Below, piece after piece: positions 10,829-21,034 of a stretch of 64,000 nucleotides of DNA; within the stretch, counting starts at the first letter, position 1, and each line of letters opens with the position of its first letter. Location of the stretch: positions 147 through 64,146 of the forward strand of contig CALRBE010000001.1 of assembly GCA_943354005.1 (NCBI GenBank). Reading direction: 5' to 3'. The notes below the pieces were generated by a model. The model did no database searches and was not told the origin of the DNA. It saw nothing but the letters and a program-made list of their open reading frames with translations. Position numbers and translations under genes: made by a program. This DNA comes from an uncultured Candidatus Saccharimonas sp. GTDB taxonomy: Bacteria > Patescibacteriota > Saccharimonadia > Saccharimonadales > AWTP1-31.

Positions 10829-11551
10829 ATGTCTGATGCCCAAAAGCCTTTCGCAGTTTTCGATATAGATGGCACTTTAATTAGATGGCAGTTATACCAT
10901 GCAGTCGTACAGAAGCTTGCCAGTGCAGGGCATCTAGGACCAGACGCCAGACTTACTCTGCGCAACGCACGAATGAAATGGAAGAACAGGGAACACAAAG
11001 AAGCATTTCATGATTACGAGCGAACTCTCATTCAAACATATGAGGATGCACTACCAACTCTTAAGCCTGAAGATTTCGACAGGTACGTTGAGGAAGTCAT
11101 TACTGAGTATAAAGATCAGGTATACACCTATACTAGAGATCTCATTAAAGATCTGAAGGCCAAAGGCTATGTGATGCTTGCGATCTCAGGCTCACATCAG
11201 GAACTCGTCCGAGCCATTGCCCAGCATTATGGTTTTGATGACTATGTTGGAACTAATTATAATAGAACTACGGAAGCGTTTTCAGGAGAGAAACAACTAG
11301 GCAGTGCAGATAAGAAAAGTATTTTACAGAAACTGATTGCTAAGCACTCATTAGCAAAAGAAGGAAGTATAGCAGTCGGAGATAGCTTAAGTGATGCCGC
11401 CATGATGGAACTAGTTGAACAGCCAATAGCTTTTAATCCAGACCAGAAACTTTACGATCGAGCTCGCAGTGAATCTTGGAAGATTGTTGTTGAACGTAAA
11501 AATGTAATCTATGAAATGGAACCCCATGGCACCACGTACTTATTGGCATAA
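10829..11551 (+). CDS. HAD-IB family hydrolase (SerB-like)
   Basis: Motif I is FDIDGTL, with ISGS and a GDSLSD motif. The start is taken at MSDAQKPFAVFDIDG, directly after the xth stop. Confidence 0.8.
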   Translation: MSDAQKPFAVFDIDGTLIRWQLYHAVVQKLASAGHLGPDARLTLRNARMKWKNREHKEAFHDYERTLIQTYEDALPTLKPEDFDRYVEEVITEYKDQVYTYTRDLIKDLKAKGYVMLAISGSHQELVRAIAQHYGFDDYVGTNYNRTTEAFSGEKQLGSADKKSILQKLIAKHSLAKEGSIAVGDSLSDAAMMELVEQPIAFNPDQKLYDRARSESWKIVVERKNVIYEMEPHGTTYLLA

Positions 11552-12335
11552 ACAGGGAACTAAACCACTATATCCAGATGTTATTTGGAGTAAACCAGAG
11601 AACAAACAAGCATCTGGAAAGCTACTCATTATCGGCGGTCACGCCTATGGCTTCTCTGCGCCTGCAATTGCTTACCAGGAGGCTATAGCCGCTGGAATCG
11701 GTAGTGCCCGAGTTTTGATTCCTGACCATATTAAAAAACAGCTGGAACACTTTCAAGGACCATCTCTTGAGATATCCTACGCGCCAAGTACGCCAAGTGG
11801 TAGTTTTGCAAGTAACGCTCTGGCCGAAATGCATGATGCAGCATCATGGGCAGATAGTATTCTTTTAGCGGGTGATCTTGGAAAAAATAGTGAGACAGCA
11901 ATTGTTATTGAGAAACTACTGCGCGCAACACAGCGTGCCATAACAATAACTCAAGACGCTGCAGAATATGTAATTATGCATCCCGAGACAATTCTTAAGC
12001 GAAGTAATACTGCGCTAGTCCTTAGTATTACGCAGTTACAACGCCTATTTAAGAATAACAAGTCTCCTGTTGCCATTACGCATACCATGGACCTGATGCA
12101 CCTTATAGACGCGCTTCACGATTTCACACAAGATAATCCAGTTGCGGTTGTAGTACGCCATCAGGACACTATGCTTGTAGCCTATGGCGGGAATGTAAGC
12201 TCAACTATATACCCACACTACTCTGAGACAACCTGGCAAATTCCTGTAGCATCCCACATAGCAGTTTGGTGGTTACAAAATCCAACTAAAGTTTTTCAAG
12301 CAATGACTTCAGCACTCATACAAATCGACGAATAG
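11511..12335 (+). CDS. YjeF C-terminal / NAD(P)HX dehydratase-like carbohydrate kinase family protein (divergent)
   Basis: SGKLLIIGGHAYGFSAPAIAYQEAIAAGIGSARVL matches the family N-terminal signature. The C-terminal GxGD motif is degenerate and the start is uncertain. Confidence 0.55.
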   Translation: MKWNPMAPRTYWHKQGTKPLYPDVIWSKPENKQASGKLLIIGGHAYGFSAPAIAYQEAIAAGIGSARVLIPDHIKKQLEHFQGPSLEISYAPSTPSGSFASNALAEMHDAASWADSILLAGDLGKNSETAIVIEKLLRATQRAITITQDAAEYVIMHPETILKRSNTALVLSITQLQRLFKNNKSPVAITHTMDLMHLIDALHDFTQDNPVAVVVRHQDTMLVAYGGNVSSTIYPHYSETTWQIPVASHIAVWWLQNPTKVFQAMTSALIQIDE

Positions 12336-12349
12336 ATATTCTTTACAGC

Positions 12350-12436
12350 TGGTGCCGCAGGACGGACTTGAACCGTCACGAGATTGCTCTCACAGGATTT
12401 TGAGTCCGGCGTGTCTACCAATTCCACCACTGCGGC
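12350..12436 (-). tRNA. tRNA-Leu (anticodon CAA), CCA encoded
   Basis: The reverse complement reads GCCGCAGTGGTGGAATTGGTAGACACGCCGGACTCAAAATCCTG...GGTTCAAGTCCGTCCTGCGGCACCA. It has a long variable arm and one C-U mismatch in the anticodon stem. Confidence 0.8.
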
Positions 12437-12578
12437 TTCAGATATAAAGAATGTTATCTTTATGACAGGGGTAATTATACCATATTTGTAAGTATAATTA
12501 GTGATCTGTAACTTCACAGCATAAGCATTTTGTTCTCCGTTTTAGGTATAAAATAACGTATACTAAAAAGTAACGCAT

Positions 12579-13760
12579 ATGTCGAACACTACAGACCATA
12601 CCGATAGAAAAAAACCAGCAGATAGCCATTCAGGAAAAGCTGCAGATTTAATTCGTCAAAAATTAGATAGCCTGTATCAGAGCGAGCCTAGTGCTAGTGA
12701 AGAAATTGCTGAGAGTTTTGATCCAACCGTAGCATCCCACTCAAAACACCAACGCTTCATGCAACAGCTTACTACCTCCGGAAAATCGCTAGCAGACATA
12801 CAGACAGCCTGGCATCAATACTACGCGGCTCTGCCTGACAGTGAGAAGCATGACGTTTGGCAAGAATTCTATAACCAACATGGCAAACAAGATGTCTCTC
12901 AGTATGCGACCAAACCAGTGCCCCAAACGCCAGTTAGTCATAATACTCAGCAGACTCAATCTACTAAGCGATCTGTAAGTGATCTAAAGAAACAGTTACT
13001 TGCAGCACCTCGATCAAAGTCCCGAGGGTCCCTTAAGGCAAAGCAGCACTTTCAGTCACTTCTGTTCGGCCTGGCTATGGGAGCACTGGTTGTATTCATC
13101 ATGTTATTTGGATTATTCAATGACCGTTTTATAGCTCCTTTCATAAGTCCAAGCAAGCAGGTTAGTAGTACTCCAATCCTTATAGATAGCGCAACTACAG
13201 CAGTGGGAGCTACGCCAAAAATTATTATTCCTAAAATAAATGTTGAAATACCGGTCATTTACGATGAGACGTCGCTTCAAGAAGAGGCTATACAAAAAGC
13301 TCTTGAAAGGGGAGTAGTACATTACCCCAACACACCAAATCCAGGCGAACTAGGTAATGCAGTAATATTTGGTCACTCTAGCAATAATATTCTTAATAAG
13401 GGTCAATATAAGTTTGCATTCGTACTACTTAATAAAATGGATATTGGTGATGTATTCTTCCTGACTAAAGATGGAGTACGCTATTCGTATAAGATATATG
13501 ACAAAAAAATAGTTAAGCCCAATGACATTAGTGTCCTTAATGCCACGGCCTCAAAGCCTGCTACGGCTACACTAATTACCTGTGACCCTCCTGGTAGTTC
13601 CTTGAATCGACTTGTTGTAGTTGGTGAGCAAATTAACCCCGATCCAAAGAACAATAAAGCAAGCACGATAGCGCAATCTACTGAACAGGTAACGACTATT
13701 CCGAGTAACGCACCTAGCGTTTGGCAGCGATTTACCGACTGGATCAGCGGGCTATTCTAG
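12579..13760 (+). CDS. sortase family transpeptidase with long N-terminal cytoplasmic extension
   Basis: One TM helix is followed by the catalytic His (VIFGHS), the TLxTC motif (ATLITCDPPGS) and a conserved Arg (NRLVVVG). Confidence 0.85.
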   Translation: MSNTTDHTDRKKPADSHSGKAADLIRQKLDSLYQSEPSASEEIAESFDPTVASHSKHQRFMQQLTTSGKSLADIQTAWHQYYAALPDSEKHDVWQEFYNQHGKQDVSQYATKPVPQTPVSHNTQQTQSTKRSVSDLKKQLLAAPRSKSRGSLKAKQHFQSLLFGLAMGALVVFIMLFGLFNDRFIAPFISPSKQVSSTPILIDSATTAVGATPKIIIPKINVEIPVIYDETSLQEEAIQKALERGVVHYPNTPNPGELGNAVIFGHSSNNILNKGQYKFAFVLLNKMDIGDVFFLTKDGVRYSYKIYDKKIVKPNDISVLNATASKPATATLITCDPPGSSLNRLVVVGEQINPDPKNNKASTIAQSTEQVTTIPSNAPSVWQRFTDWISGLF

Positions 13761-13767
13761 AATGTAC

Positions 13768-15246
13768 CTAGTTCTGTAGTGTAATCTTCAGGTTACTTCG
13801 CGAGAGTGAAGTCTTTGTTGCATCATTAGTAGTTGGCGCAAGTGCATACATTCGCGTGTAATCTCTATCGAAGTAAGCACGCGATCCAGGAATGATAGGA
13901 ACGAGAGTTTGCTGATTAATTCCATCATAATCGATCACAACAACCTTGTTATTGTTATTAATGACAATACGGTGTCCGTCCATCCATAGGGCCTTATAGC
14001 TTACTGGAATATCGAGTGGTGATTCAAAATATGTGCGACGAACTGTTTCAGCATCATAAAGCGCAAACTTCTTACCGCTCTGAGCCATGATAAAACGAGC
14101 ATTCGCAGAGAACGATATAAACTTTGGATCCTTAATAATAAGTGTCGTAAATAATGACGGGCTAGCCTTGGGATCAGTAGAAGGATCATTAGCAGGATCT
14201 TTGTATATATAGACCTTGCCCTGACTAGCAACACCAACAGCGGCATAAAAACGGTCGTCAAACTTAGCCATATCCAAAAGGTATGTTTCGTTACTAAGTC
14301 CATTTCTAATGACGAATCGCTTATCTCCATCTTTTAATGTAACGGTTGCTTTAGTAGGGTCTTTTTCATCAACAGCAGCATACAATATAATTTTTTCAGC
14401 GTAGGCCTTATAGCTCAAAACGTTTGAGAGTACAGGCTGAATATTCTTTTCTTTGGTATCAACAAAGCTGAGTTTCTTTGTCGTAACATCATAGAGGTAT
14501 AATTTATCAAATTTTTTATCACGTAATGTTACATTTGTTGGATTCACATTGAGAAGCTTATTAATATTTATTGAGCTCTTAGGCGTATCTCGATCAAGAA
14601 TAATGTACTCAAAAGTGTCACCATAATTATGTTTGAGCAGTACATGACGATTGTCTGAAGCCCACTCGACAAGTTCGTATCCTTGGGTAAGCGTTGTAGT
14701 AGTGAGCACACTCGAAGGCAAAGAGATTGTTTTCGTGGAAACGGTTGGATCTCCAGCATCGAAGACGTCAAATTCAGTCATCGAACCGGGTTGTAATGCC
14801 AGTATCCATTTGCGGTCTGGGCTTTGTGTTGAAAAGGCTGGAGCACTAGCATACGTTTTCTGATCCTTAGGTGTGAACTTAGATGGAAATAGGAACGGGT
14901 AGACTAATCGCTCGATTGTACTCCCTTCAAGATTGAAAGAACGAGTCCATGTTCGATAACCATCGCGCTTCAATTCAATCTTGTAAGGGCCGGCTGGTAC
15001 GGTCAGTCTCTTATCGGTAGTTCCAACATCCTTGCCATTCAATATGATCTGAGCAGGCTCAGGAGCAGCATCAGTAAATATAAGGCCGTTCTGAATTACT
15101 TCACCAGTTTTACGGTTAAAATCAAAACCGTAGGACTGAAGCGCCAATATTGCTGAAGTCATAAAAATAGCAATACCAATAAGCGTATAGCCTATAAACA
15201 GGCGACGCTGATGTTTTCTTTTTTTGTCGGGGTCTAGGAAATCCAT
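13768..15246 (-). CDS. PEGA domain-containing membrane-anchored protein
   Basis: An N-terminal TM helix is followed by a PEGA-like module (ILNGKDVGTTDKRLTVPAGPYKIELKRDGY) and a long beta-rich C-terminal part. Confidence 0.7.
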   Translation of the reverse strand: MDFLDPDKKRKHQRRLFIGYTLIGIAIFMTSAILALQSYGFDFNRKTGEVIQNGLIFTDAAPEPAQIILNGKDVGTTDKRLTVPAGPYKIELKRDGYRTWTRSFNLEGSTIERLVYPFLFPSKFTPKDQKTYASAPAFSTQSPDRKWILALQPGSMTEFDVFDAGDPTVSTKTISLPSSVLTTTTLTQGYELVEWASDNRHVLLKHNYGDTFEYIILDRDTPKSSININKLLNVNPTNVTLRDKKFDKLYLYDVTTKKLSFVDTKEKNIQPVLSNVLSYKAYAEKIILYAAVDEKDPTKATVTLKDGDKRFVIRNGLSNETYLLDMAKFDDRFYAAVGVASQGKVYIYKDPANDPSTDPKASPSLFTTLIIKDPKFISFSANARFIMAQSGKKFALYDAETVRRTYFESPLDIPVSYKALWMDGHRIVINNNNKVVVIDYDGINQQTLVPIIPGSRAYFDRDYTRMYALAPTTNDATKTSLSRSNLKITLQN

Positions 15247-15421
15247 GATGTTTGTTTTTTTATATCCGTACGCTCAAGTATACCACGCATAATATCTTTA
15301 TAGGCAATATTTACATCCGATTAATATACGTTAATTAATCCTTGTCAGGTAGGCTAGTAACAAGGTACTATTAATACATAAGCGTGAGCAGTAAAAGCAT
15401 AGGCATAAACAAGGATCATTC

Positions 15422-16546
15422 GTGAGTGCACAAAGGGATACAATAGTAATTAATGGCAAGATGTACAATGCGACGTCTGGCCTGCCTATTCACCAGCCAA
15501 TTGTAATAAAGCCCGGTAGTGCGCCTCATAAAGCAAAACATATTGACGGCATTATTCATAAGAAACCGGTAACACATTCAGTAGTTAAGAGTGAGGACAT
15601 GCCGAAACCAAAACCCCACGTATCACGCAGTGCAACAGTTTCATCAAGCAAAGTACACGGTGCTCCTGAGCGATCAAAGACACTTATGCGTCAGATACTT
15701 AAAAAGCCTGAAGTAGAGGCCGGGTCTAAAACGGTCTCTCTTACTAGTACCACTAGTCAGCCCGAAAGTATTGTGATGCGCGCAAAGAGAAATTCCGCCC
15801 GCGAAGATCGTGCTTCTCACACTCCACGTCATGCTAAAGTACACAAGTTTAAAAGTCACAATGGAGATCACATAGTAACGCGTGTTGAAGAAATAGCCGT
15901 GCAACCAGCGCCAGGCAGTCAACCAACGAAGACAGAGGATAAAACAGAAGACCTTTTAAGCGCTCCGCCAATGAGCCTACGGAGTTCAGCTCCTACTCAA
16001 AAGCGAAATTCATTTGAAACCATGCTACGTAATGCACCGGCTCCTGCTCCAGCTAACATCGGTGGACGAAAACATAAACGGAAGTCAGCACACCGTGGAC
16101 GTTCTGTCGTGGCGGCTATTGGAGTATTCCTAATACTTGGTGGATTCTTTACTTACTACAGCCTTCCAAGCGTGCGTATGCAAATTGCTTCACGAAAATC
16201 TGGATTCACTGCATCTGTGCCTCGTTATGAGCCAAGTGGCTTTGGCCTTAATACCGCAATCCAGTACCAACCGGGTAGAGTCATAATGCGCTACACCTCT
16301 GCAACCGATAATGGGAGTAATTTTACAATTACTCAAGAAAAGACAGCTTTAGATAGTGCTAGTATGGTTAATTCATACCTTGGCACAACGAAAGATAAGG
16401 CAGTAGAACAGAGTAGCAACGGACGTACTGTATATATCTACAACGGTTCTAATGCAACCTGGGTAGATGGTGGCATATGGTATAACATTCAGGCTAACGC
16501 ACAGCTTTCTACAGATCAACTATTGCGCATCGCTGCTTCAATGTAA
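15422..16546 (+). CDS. hypothetical single-pass membrane protein
   Basis: It has a GTG start, a basic low-complexity N-terminal half, a TM helix (VVAAIGVFLILGGFFTYY) and a small extracytoplasmic domain. Confidence 0.55.
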   Translation: MSAQRDTIVINGKMYNATSGLPIHQPIVIKPGSAPHKAKHIDGIIHKKPVTHSVVKSEDMPKPKPHVSRSATVSSSKVHGAPERSKTLMRQILKKPEVEAGSKTVSLTSTTSQPESIVMRAKRNSAREDRASHTPRHAKVHKFKSHNGDHIVTRVEEIAVQPAPGSQPTKTEDKTEDLLSAPPMSLRSSAPTQKRNSFETMLRNAPAPAPANIGGRKHKRKSAHRGRSVVAAIGVFLILGGFFTYYSLPSVRMQIASRKSGFTASVPRYEPSGFGLNTAIQYQPGRVIMRYTSATDNGSNFTITQEKTALDSASMVNSYLGTTKDKAVEQSSNGRTVYIYNGSNATWVDGGIWYNIQANAQLSTDQLLRIAASM

Positions 16547-16582
16547 TTGTCGCTCACGGCCAATCACTGTATACTAACAGGG

Positions 16583-18025
16583 ATGAACGTACGTACACGA
16601 TTTGCTCCAAGTCCAACAGGCTATATGCACGTTGGAGGTATCCGAACTGCATTATTTGCATGGCTTGTTGCACGCCAGAATAAAGGCTCCTTTGTTTTAA
16701 GACTAGAAGACACCGATAAAGCCCGCGAAGTTGCAGGCTCAGACCAGCATATTATGGATTGTCTTCGAGCTATTGGTATTGACTACGACGAAGGACCGGA
16801 TATCGGTGGAGAGTTCGCACCGTATAAGCAGAGCGAGAGACTAGGTCACTACCAGGAATGGGCGAAACAGCTCATAGAAAGCGGTCGAGCATATGCAGAC
16901 CCTTATACTTCTGAAGAAGTTGATACCTTTAGGCAAGAAGCACGTAGCAGTAAACAGCCATTTTTGTATCGTAACCATAGGCCAGAGAATCCACCCGTAT
17001 GGGATGGCACTCAGCCCCTCCGCTTTAAATCAGATCCGAAAAGCTATAACTGGCATGATGAAGTTATGGGTGACCTATCTACTGGACCAGAAGTCATTGA
17101 CGATATTATTCTTATAAAATCAGATGGCTATCCAACATATAACTTTGCACATATTGTTGATGATGCCGAAATGGAGATCAGCCATATCATCCGTGGACAA
17201 GAATTCTTAGCCTCTACTCCAAATTATCTAAACCTATACGAAGCATTAGGAATTGATCGACCAATTCTTGCAACTGTGCCACACATCTTAGGATCAGACG
17301 GCAATAAAAAACTTGGCAAACGAGATGGCGCAAAAGATATGCTTGATTACATCAAAGAAGGCTACATGCCTGAAACGCTACTTAATTTTATAGCTACAAT
17401 GGGCTGGAACGACGGGACAGAACAGGAAGTCTTTAGTGTAGATGAACTGATTGAAAAATTCAGTCTAGAAAGAGTACAGCGTAGTGGTGCACGCTTTGAC
17501 GATCGACGACTCCAATGGCTTAGCGGAGCACATATTAGGTCTCTTGATATATATACGCTTTGCGACTCGATTAAAGACTACTGGCCAAAGAGTAGTCATG
17601 GGGCACCTGAAGATTATAAGAGTAAGGTTGCGAGTCTTATACAAGAAAGACTTAAGTACTTTACTGAAGTCCCGGTGCTCACTGAGTTCTTCTTTAGTGA
17701 GCCAAAGGCTGAAGATGTACGAGATCTATTTAATGACCAGAAAAATAAGCAGCTTAAAAAACTTACCAACGAGGAAAAGTATGCCCAGCTAGCAGCAGCC
17801 CAAAAGACACTACAAGACTCAGACTTTTCATTAGCCGATATAGATAGTCGACTAAATGCACTACTCAGCGAACTAGATACCAAACCGGGAATACTATTCA
17901 GCATTATCCGTATTGCAATCAGTGGCAGCCCTGCATCTCCAGCACTATTTGATACGCTCGCAGTTCTTGGTAAAGAAAAATCCATGGACCGCATCAAGCA
18001 AGGGCTTGAATTGCTCGGTCAATAA
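16583..18025 (+). CDS. gltX: glutamate--tRNA ligase
   Basis: The HIGH region is RFAPSPTGYMHVGGIRTALF and the KMSKS-like motif is KLGKRDG. The start is taken at MNVRTRFAPSPTG. Confidence 0.92.
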   Translation: MNVRTRFAPSPTGYMHVGGIRTALFAWLVARQNKGSFVLRLEDTDKAREVAGSDQHIMDCLRAIGIDYDEGPDIGGEFAPYKQSERLGHYQEWAKQLIESGRAYADPYTSEEVDTFRQEARSSKQPFLYRNHRPENPPVWDGTQPLRFKSDPKSYNWHDEVMGDLSTGPEVIDDIILIKSDGYPTYNFAHIVDDAEMEISHIIRGQEFLASTPNYLNLYEALGIDRPILATVPHILGSDGNKKLGKRDGAKDMLDYIKEGYMPETLLNFIATMGWNDGTEQEVFSVDELIEKFSLERVQRSGARFDDRRLQWLSGAHIRSLDIYTLCDSIKDYWPKSSHGAPEDYKSKVASLIQERLKYFTEVPVLTEFFFSEPKAEDVRDLFNDQKNKQLKKLTNEEKYAQLAAAQKTLQDSDFSLADIDSRLNALLSELDTKPGILFSIIRIAISGSPASPALFDTLAVLGKEKSMDRIKQGLELLGQ

Positions 18026-18070
18026 AGGCATTTATACACTATATGCATAAGCGTTTGGTATACTAAAGGA

Positions 18071-19249
18071 ATGCCGAATGACAAAATAAAAAAACAATTG
18101 AGTGACGAAGAGTTACTTAATGCAATTGGGCCAGATGATGACTCATCAGATGATACCCCAAAAAAGAAAAGAGCACCCTTGAAAAAACTAAAAAAATGGC
18201 TTCACAACTTAACTAAAAAACAGAAGGTAGCCTTAATAGCTATTTCATTTATCGTTATAGCGGCGATTGCACTAGGCCTATTCTTTGTCTTTAAAGGTGA
18301 TAAAAAAATAGCACTGCCTGTAGCTAAGAAGACCGAAACTAAGAAAGTTGTTAAGCCAACGACTGAGCCAGGTCGTCTTACCGGTATTGCAATTACCCCT
18401 GAACTTAACCAGCGTGGTGTTGTTGGTATCATGATTGAAAATAGCCCAGATGCGCGACCACAGTCTGGTCTTAAAGATGCTGGGGTCGTCTTCGAGGCAA
18501 TTGCCGAAGGTGGTATTACTAGATTCTTAACTCTTTATCAAGAGGCTCAACCAGACTACATTGGACCAGTCCGTAGCGTAAGACCATATTATCTTGATTG
18601 GCTCCAGGGATTTGATGCTCCAATAGCACATGCCGGAGGAAGCGCAGATGGTCTAGCTAAAATACGAAATGAAAATATACCGGACCTTGATCAATTCGCT
18701 AACGGCGGCAGCTATATGCGCGTCAATACTCGTTATGCTCCACATAACCTGTATACAACTATGGCTAAACTCGATGAGCTTAGAGCTGCTAAAGGCTTCA
18801 CAAAAAGTACCTTTGAGGGTTTCGCTCGTAAGGCAGAGGCAGCTGTGAATACGCCTACGGCTCGATCTATTGATTTTAATATCTCGTCATTCCTCTACAG
18901 CCCACATTACGACTATGATCCAGCAACAAATACTTACAAGCGAAGCCAGGGAGGCAGACCCCATACTGATGAACGAAGTGGCATACAAATAGCCCCTAAG
19001 GTCATTATTGCTAACGTCATGTCTTACGGTATTGCATCCAATAGAGTTAATAGCAACTACAATACTATTGGTAGCGGTAAGTCTTATATCTTCCAAGATG
19101 GCACAGTAACAATTGGAACTTGGGAGAAGACAGGATCTAAAAACCAAATGGTCTTTAAGGACGCTGGTGGTAAGGTTATTAAACTCAATCCTGGTCAGAC
19201 ATGGATTAGCGCAGTTGGATCCGCGAGCGGTGTAAGCTACAAACCGTAG
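18071..19249 (+). CDS. DUF3048 (YerB-like) domain protein
   Basis: A TM anchor is followed by NSPDARPQSGLKDAGVVFEAIAEGGITRFLTLYQ, which I recognise as the DUF3048 signature. Confidence 0.75.
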   Translation: MPNDKIKKQLSDEELLNAIGPDDDSSDDTPKKKRAPLKKLKKWLHNLTKKQKVALIAISFIVIAAIALGLFFVFKGDKKIALPVAKKTETKKVVKPTTEPGRLTGIAITPELNQRGVVGIMIENSPDARPQSGLKDAGVVFEAIAEGGITRFLTLYQEAQPDYIGPVRSVRPYYLDWLQGFDAPIAHAGGSADGLAKIRNENIPDLDQFANGGSYMRVNTRYAPHNLYTTMAKLDELRAAKGFTKSTFEGFARKAEAAVNTPTARSIDFNISSFLYSPHYDYDPATNTYKRSQGGRPHTDERSGIQIAPKVIIANVMSYGIASNRVNSNYNTIGSGKSYIFQDGTVTIGTWEKTGSKNQMVFKDAGGKVIKLNPGQTWISAVGSASGVSYKP

Positions 19250-19526
19250 GCAACACAAATACTTTTCGTTATACTAGTTAATAGCGATGTAGTTACTGGG
19301 ATTAATATCACTTTCATCTGCAGGCTTTATATTTTATACAAAACCGTTTATTGATTATCTGTGGACGCAGTAGGGCCTCAATGGCACCTCGGTCATTAAT
19401 CGCAGCATATTTCAAGCGTCAAGAGTACGTATCATCTTGGCAATCTCTCTTTTATACAATAAGTCAGGTAGCGCCTCTAGAGGAGGGCTATTTGTGAATT
19501 CTGCGTTTGCAGAGTAAGGATACGAT

Positions 19527-19793
19527 ATGCGCGAAAAAATTAACGAATCAGTGAGTGTCGTCATGTATTATAGTGCTACAAAACGCGTTGCAGCACCCCA
19601 TACAATCAGCTGGCGCAATACGGAGTACAGAGTAGGGAAGATAGGCTATCACCACACTATTACTGAAGGCAAGATACTCCATCACATCTATGAGCTAGTC
19701 GATACTCAAGAATCTTTATGGTTTAGGCTTAATCTTAATACTAATACACTTCAGTGGAACCTTGAGGCGGTGCATGATGGAAATACCCATTAA
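19527..19793 (+). CDS. small hypothetical protein overlapping the dinB start
   Basis: An 88-aa ORF whose stop lies 20 nt inside the downstream Y-family polymerase gene. I recognise no domain. Confidence 0.4.
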   Translation: MREKINESVSVVMYYSATKRVAAPHTISWRNTEYRVGKIGYHHTITEGKILHHIYELVDTQESLWFRLNLNTNTLQWNLEAVHDGNTH

Positions 19794-21015
19794 CTATAAC
19801 CCTCCACAAGTAATGCACATCGATCTTAATAGTTGCTTTGCGATTATTGAACAACAAGCTAACCCATTACTGCGAAATAAGCCGGTGGCTGTTGCCGCCT
19901 ATGACTCTCCAGGAGGTATGGTCATAGCGTCTTCATATGAAGCGAAAGCGCTGGGCATTAAGCTGGGCGTTAACGTCCGTGAGGCTCGACTCTTATCTCC
20001 AGACGTTCATGTTATGACGCCAGACCCTGAAAAGTACTTTAATGCCCATAAACGGTTTAAAGAAGTGCTCCTAAAGTACACGAGCGATGTGACTCCTAAA
20101 TCTGTCGATGAATTCGTTATCGACTTTCGGGGTTCACGGGCATTGCAGGCGGGACGCAGCCTTGAGGACATTGGTATGCAAATCAAACAGGACATTAAGG
20201 ATGCGCTGGGAGAATATGTAACAGTCAATATCGGCATTGGACCCAACCGCTTTCTTGCAAAACTAGCAGCAGGTCTAAATAAGCCAGACGGTATGGACCG
20301 AATAGACGGGAATAATCTCAGGGATGTATACGCCGGACTAGTACTAACTGATCTGCCCGGCATTAATGTCCGCTACGAAGCACGGCTTAATATTGCTGGC
20401 ATCTACACTCCAATCCAGTTTCTAGATGCTCCCGCTCTTATGCTCCGTAAACGAGTCTTTAAGAGTATTGTTGGATTCTATTGGCATTTGAGGCTCCACG
20501 GCTATGAAGTCGACACGATTAAATTTGGCCGAAAATCTTTCGGTCAGCAGTACGCACTTTCTAAGAAGACACGAGATAAGCAAGAACTTTCGCGTTTACT
20601 CATGAAGCTCTGTGAGAAAACAGGCAGAAGACTCCGAGGACAAAATTATATTGCATCCGGTATTCATCTATGGCTTGGATTTGAAAATAGAATGCACTGG
20701 TCCAAAGGCAAGCGAGTACGGGCCGATATCTATTCTACGCAGGACATTTACTTGCATGCTCAAAAACTTTTAAACGAAGTCCTGATACCTGCGCGAGTCA
20801 CCAACATTGGCATTACAGTATTTAACCTACGTCCATCTAATCCGCAGCAAATGGGCCTCTTTGACGATAGCCGGCTTGATACAAAATCGCTTGCTCGAGC
20901 TGCAGATATAGTAAATGACCGCTACGGTGAGTTTACGATCGTACCAGCCTCTATGGCTAATATGCAGGACGTTATTATTAAACGTGTGGCCTTTGGTAGC
21001 ACGAACGACCTATAA
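19774..21015 (+). CDS. dinB: DNA polymerase IV (Y-family)
   Basis: Motifs MHIDLNSCFA and SVDEFVID are present, with a little-finger region. The ATG at 19774 follows GAGGCGG; the ORF-track TTG at 19762 is less likely. Confidence 0.9.
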   Translation: MMEIPINYNPPQVMHIDLNSCFAIIEQQANPLLRNKPVAVAAYDSPGGMVIASSYEAKALGIKLGVNVREARLLSPDVHVMTPDPEKYFNAHKRFKEVLLKYTSDVTPKSVDEFVIDFRGSRALQAGRSLEDIGMQIKQDIKDALGEYVTVNIGIGPNRFLAKLAAGLNKPDGMDRIDGNNLRDVYAGLVLTDLPGINVRYEARLNIAGIYTPIQFLDAPALMLRKRVFKSIVGFYWHLRLHGYEVDTIKFGRKSFGQQYALSKKTRDKQELSRLLMKLCEKTGRRLRGQNYIASGIHLWLGFENRMHWSKGKRVRADIYSTQDIYLHAQKLLNEVLIPARVTNIGITVFNLRPSNPQQMGLFDDSRLDTKSLARAADIVNDRYGEFTIVPASMANMQDVIIKRVAFGSTNDL

Positions 21016-21034
21016 AGGATAGAATGGGAGCATT

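Noticed and set aside
12296-12517. The 73-aa ORF on the minus strand.
   Set aside because: It is translated straight through tRNA-Leu (12350-12436), so it is an artefact.
19474-19483. The palindrome CCTCTAGAGG also occurs at 36050-36059, both times preceded by G (an 11-nt identical string GCCTCTAGAGG).
   Set aside because: There are only two copies. One is simply the base of the terminator stem. This is insufficient to call a motif or restriction-related signal.
19381-19497. A 38-aa ORF (MAPRSLIAAYFKRQEYVSSWQSLFYTISQVAPLEEGYL) in the region upstream of the dinB operon.
   Set aside because: It has no RBS and no recognisable family, and it is too short to support from sequence alone.
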